64,000 nucleotides of DNA from contig NC_068990.1 of the NCBI RefSeq assembly GCF_001194135.2, positions 88,216,086-88,280,085 on the forward strand, given 5' to 3'. The translations under genes and the position numbers were made by a program. The DNA is from Octopus bimaculoides. Taxonomy: Eukaryota. The notes beneath the pieces are model-generated. The model worked only from the letters and a program-made list of their open reading frames with translations. It did no database searches and had not been told where the DNA came from. Shown piece after piece: positions 1-64,000 of this stretch (positions within the stretch are counted from its first letter, which is position 1; the number at the start of each line of letters is the position of its first letter).

Positions 1-324
1 CATTTAAGCCTGGAATGCTCTTGATTGGGTCTGTCACAGAAATATCTTTCTATTGAAATGTTTACAGTTTCTTGTAAAACTCAGTTATTGCTATGTTTTT
101 AAATAAATGTCAAAAACAGACAGCATTCCTACCGATGTATAACTATCCCAACCGGCTTTGTTGCCTCATAACTTCCAGAAAGATGGATACTTTTTAAACA
201 AAATGTCCAACAAATACCACTTAGAGGCTGCAGATTTAGTGTATATAGGGATTTTTTGGAAAGAATTTCTTCCGAGGGAGTGGAGACAGGCGTTTCGGAA
301 AACTCAAACGGTTGTCTCAGACAT

Positions 325-950
325 GTCCACAGCCATACAGTCGGCCACTCTGACAAGCTATGCTGATGATACAAAGGTATCTCAGACAGTTAAGGACCCT
401 GATGACATAATAAAACTACAAAATGACCAGCATGCAATATACAAATGGGCTGATGAAAATAACATGCAGTTCAATGCTGATAAGTTTGAAGTATTCTGCT
501 ACTGACCCACAAATAGACTACCATCGGAATACATAAGACTAGGGGGCAGTGCATGACCTAGGAATGCACATGGGTGATGCAACATTCCATGTGCATATTG
601 CCAGGATAGCAACACTGTGCAGACTAGTAGCTGGATGGATCCTTAGATCATTCAGAACCATACACAGGGATACTTTGCTACTCTTATGGAAGACATTTGT
701 CCTCAGACGTCTGGATTACTGCTCTCAACTGTGGTTGCCACAAAGTGTCAAATTAGTAGCAGAACTTGAGGCAATCCAGCACCACTATACAAAGAAGATT
801 GACTTGGTGAAACAGATGAGCTACTGAGAAAGGCTACAAGAACTGAAGCTCTACTCCCTGGAGAGAAAGTGAGAAAGGTGTGCAGTGATATACATATGGA
901 AGATCCTGGAAGGTCTAGCTCCCAACTTTGGAATTAAAAGCTATGTCAAC
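325..950 (+). mobile_element. CR1/L2-like LINE reverse transcriptase C-terminal relic
   Basis: YADDTKV...LQND...KWADENNMQFNADKF, then WILRSF...LDYCSQLW...LEAIQ...Y*ERLQELKLYSLE; stops and frameshifts. Confidence 0.85.
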
Positions 951-954
951 TGCT

Positions 955-1335
955 GAGCTGGATGGCACTGTTTCTACTAGTTGGTGGGATGGGAAAGGTT
1001 TAGTCCACTTTGAACTTTTAAACCCAAACCGAATGATAACAAAGGAGATCTACTGTGTGCAGCTTGAGTGGCTTAAGTCAATACTAGAAGAAAAACGGCC
1101 ATCTTTGGTTTCAAGACGAAAGGTAGTGTTCTATCAGGATAATGCTCAGCCACATACAGTGAGGATGACGTTCCAAAGTCTGGAGCAGTTTGAATGGGAA
1201 ATGATGCCTCACCCACCATATTTGCTGGACATTTCTCCATCTGATTATCCTATAGTCTTCAAATTCATTTGGACGGAAAAAGTATGAATTGTGTGGACAA
1301 AGTCAGAACAGTACTGGAGGTGTATTTTTTGTCAT
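955..1335 (+). mobile_element. mariner (DD34D) transposase catalytic-domain fragment
   Basis: WWDGKGLVHFELL...KRP...VFYQDNAQPHT...MPHPPYLLDISPSDY matches mariner QDNA-PH and HPPYSPDLAPSDY motifs. Confidence 0.9.
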
Positions 1336-1336
1336 T

Positions 1337-1491
1337 CATCATCATCATCATCATCGTTTAACGTCCGCTTTCCATGCTAGCATGGGTTGGACGATTTGAC
1401 TGAGGACTGGTGAAACCGGATGGCAACACCAGGCTCCAGTCTGATTTGGCAGAGTTTCTACAGCTGGATGCCCTTCCTAACGCCAACCACT

Positions 1492-1492
<1 letters not shown>
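1337..1492 (-). mobile_element. RTE-type LINE/SINE 3' tail ending in (GAT)n
   Basis: Reverse complement of GAGTGGTTGGCGTTAGGAAGGGCATCCAGCTGTAGAAAC...GGACGTTAAACGATGATG, which recurs at 6030-6178, 12560-12710 and 23140-23295. Confidence 0.8.
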
Positions 1493-1528
<36 letters not shown>

Positions 1529-1572
1529 GAATAATAAAGAGAAAGCCATCTCTGCTCATTCTTTCAAATATC

Positions 1573-1611
<39 letters not shown>

Positions 1612-2134
1612 CTCTATGTGTGTATTTAAAACAAAAAAGACTGCAAAATCTGTTAAGTGATGAGTTTGCCATGATTAACCATATTCAGTTACATCCTTTT
1701 ACAATTTTGGTTGAAATACCAAGATGTATTCCTCTTTTCATACTTCTAAAGTTGATAAAACAATCACAATTCAAGTACTGAAGTGGATTTATTTTTATGT
1801 ATTGTCTCAGCAGAATGTGTGGTTATGTGCATATGTTAGGAACCATTATTATTAACTTCAACAATAATTACTCATCTTAAGTTTGATGGATTGACAGATC
1901 ATTCAAGCATCAGATAAAATACGTTGTGGTATTTGTTCTGGCTCTTTAACTTCTGTGTTCAACTTTTGCTAATGCAAACTTTGTCCATCCAGGGCCAATA
2001 AAATACAATGCCAGTCAAATATACGGGCCAGCTTAATTGACCAACTCTTACTGCAAAGTTTTAACCTTCATTCTATTAGAAATTATTATGGTTATTGTTA
2101 TTTTTCATCTGTCTAAATTTTACTTCAACTCTAG

Positions 2135-62637
<60,503 letters not shown>

Positions 62638-64000
62638 GTAATTATTATTTGGATTTTATTATTGGTCATCTCTTTTCCATTTGTTATGAAGTTTATGATT
62701 CCATTTATACTTCATAATATATAGACAACCATTTCTGTAAAAACATTGAGAATTTTACCTATGAGGAGAAATGTAAACATGTTCCTGATAAAAAAAAAAA
62801 AAAGAGAAGCAATATTAAGAACTGTATACACTGTTAAAACATTCTGATACAGCATTTATTCAACTTGAATACTTTTCTGCATATTTTCAGTTGTTTCTTA
62901 TTTTATGTCAGAAAGGAAGCTGTTGTTCTTAAACTTGAATTGTAGTATTAGTAACACTAGTAGTAGTGACAGTGGCAGCAACAGCAGAAGTAACTACTTT
63001 GACATGATTTACTGCTGGTACAGCACACTGTCTCACCAGGAGTTACTGTTTTACATAATATCACATACAAAATAACAAAGAAATTCCAGTCTACAGAGTA
63101 ATGTATTTTCTACATTTTGACATGGTTGTTATGGCTAGATGCCCTTCCTATCACTAGTCGTTACACCACACGAAGAAAGTACATTTTCTCATGCTGCTAG
63201 AATTAGAGAAACTGTTTACCAAGACTAAAGTATTTCCTCAACTTATACAAGTTTCTATTCAAAGTAGTTCCATGGCATTAAAAACATAAGAGCCAGAAAA
63301 TTTGCTCAGTTTGATCTCAAGGATCTTGTGAATTCAACCTTGAAACCATAATCATTAGGGAAAATTCACTAGGTTTATTGATCTCAGTATTAAAATGTGC
63401 ATGCAAGTATGTCATTACTATCATGACAGACCTTTGGGGCCAAAAAGAAAGTTGAGCCATTTCTCTGTATAACTATAAGGAAATGTAACTAGGCTGGAAT
63501 GACAGATATTACTGTAATATTTACCTTGGATCCCCTCAAGAAGTTCAAACATGTCATAAAGAGAATAGGAATCTTAAAGAAGTTTGATTTAGACATAAAG
63601 ATTACTACTACTCTACATTCAACTAAGTGGACATTATTTTAGAATTGATGTCATGTATCTGGAAAATAAAACTTCTATATAATGCCTAACAAGGAGAATA
63701 TATACTTCTATAGGAAATTTGGCTGCAATTCCCAAGCTATAATAAGAAACTTAGTAACTAGCATTACTAAAAGTATCTCGAATTTATCTTCAGATAGATA
63801 TTTTGACAGTAACTTTTCAGTATAAGGTGTTAGTTATGATTGTCTTTTGTGAAAAGTTGGTATAAACAGAGGATCCTCCACTCCCAAATCCAAAGAGAAT
63901 TAGAAAGAGAATAACTTTATTTAGTTCTTCCTTTAATGTAACTGTCTGCATGATCATAACAAGAGAAGTTTTGTCCTGTTATACATAAGTACCACAAGCT

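Overview
AT-rich, microsatellite-rich eukaryotic genomic DNA with five N-gaps. Its RTE tails and tRNA-SINEs match families I recall from Octopus genomes, so an octopod origin is inferred, not verified. The window is the interior of one very large plus-strand gene made of 34 short coding exons of three types: A = PAN module (237/240 nt, 11 copies), B = a second, more divergent PAN module (231/234 nt, 10 copies) and C = Sushi/CCP module (168/171 nt, 13 copies). The order is A1 B1 C1 | A2 B2 C2 | A3 B3 C3 C4 | A4 B4 C5 | A5 B5 C6 C7 | A6 B6 C8 | A7 B7 C9 C10 | A8 B8 C11 | A9 B9 C12 | A10 B10 C13 | A11. Every exon has AG/GT boundaries, is phase 1-1, is a multiple of 3 nt, is stop-free and keeps four Cys. 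Spliced together they give 7185 nt (2395 codons) with no start or stop in the window, so the protein is an extracellular (PAN-PAN-CCP)n glycoprotein longer than 2395 aa. The introns carry decayed transposons (RTE, CR1/L2-like, Tx1-like, R4/Dong-like, Penelope-like, Gypsy, mariner DD34D, maT DD37D, SINE, MITE). Two relics were amplified together with the units: a tRNA-SINE before 10 of 11 A exons, and a ~340-bp fold-back palindrome before 8 of 10 B exons. No prokaryotic features, CRISPR arrays or RNA genes are supported.
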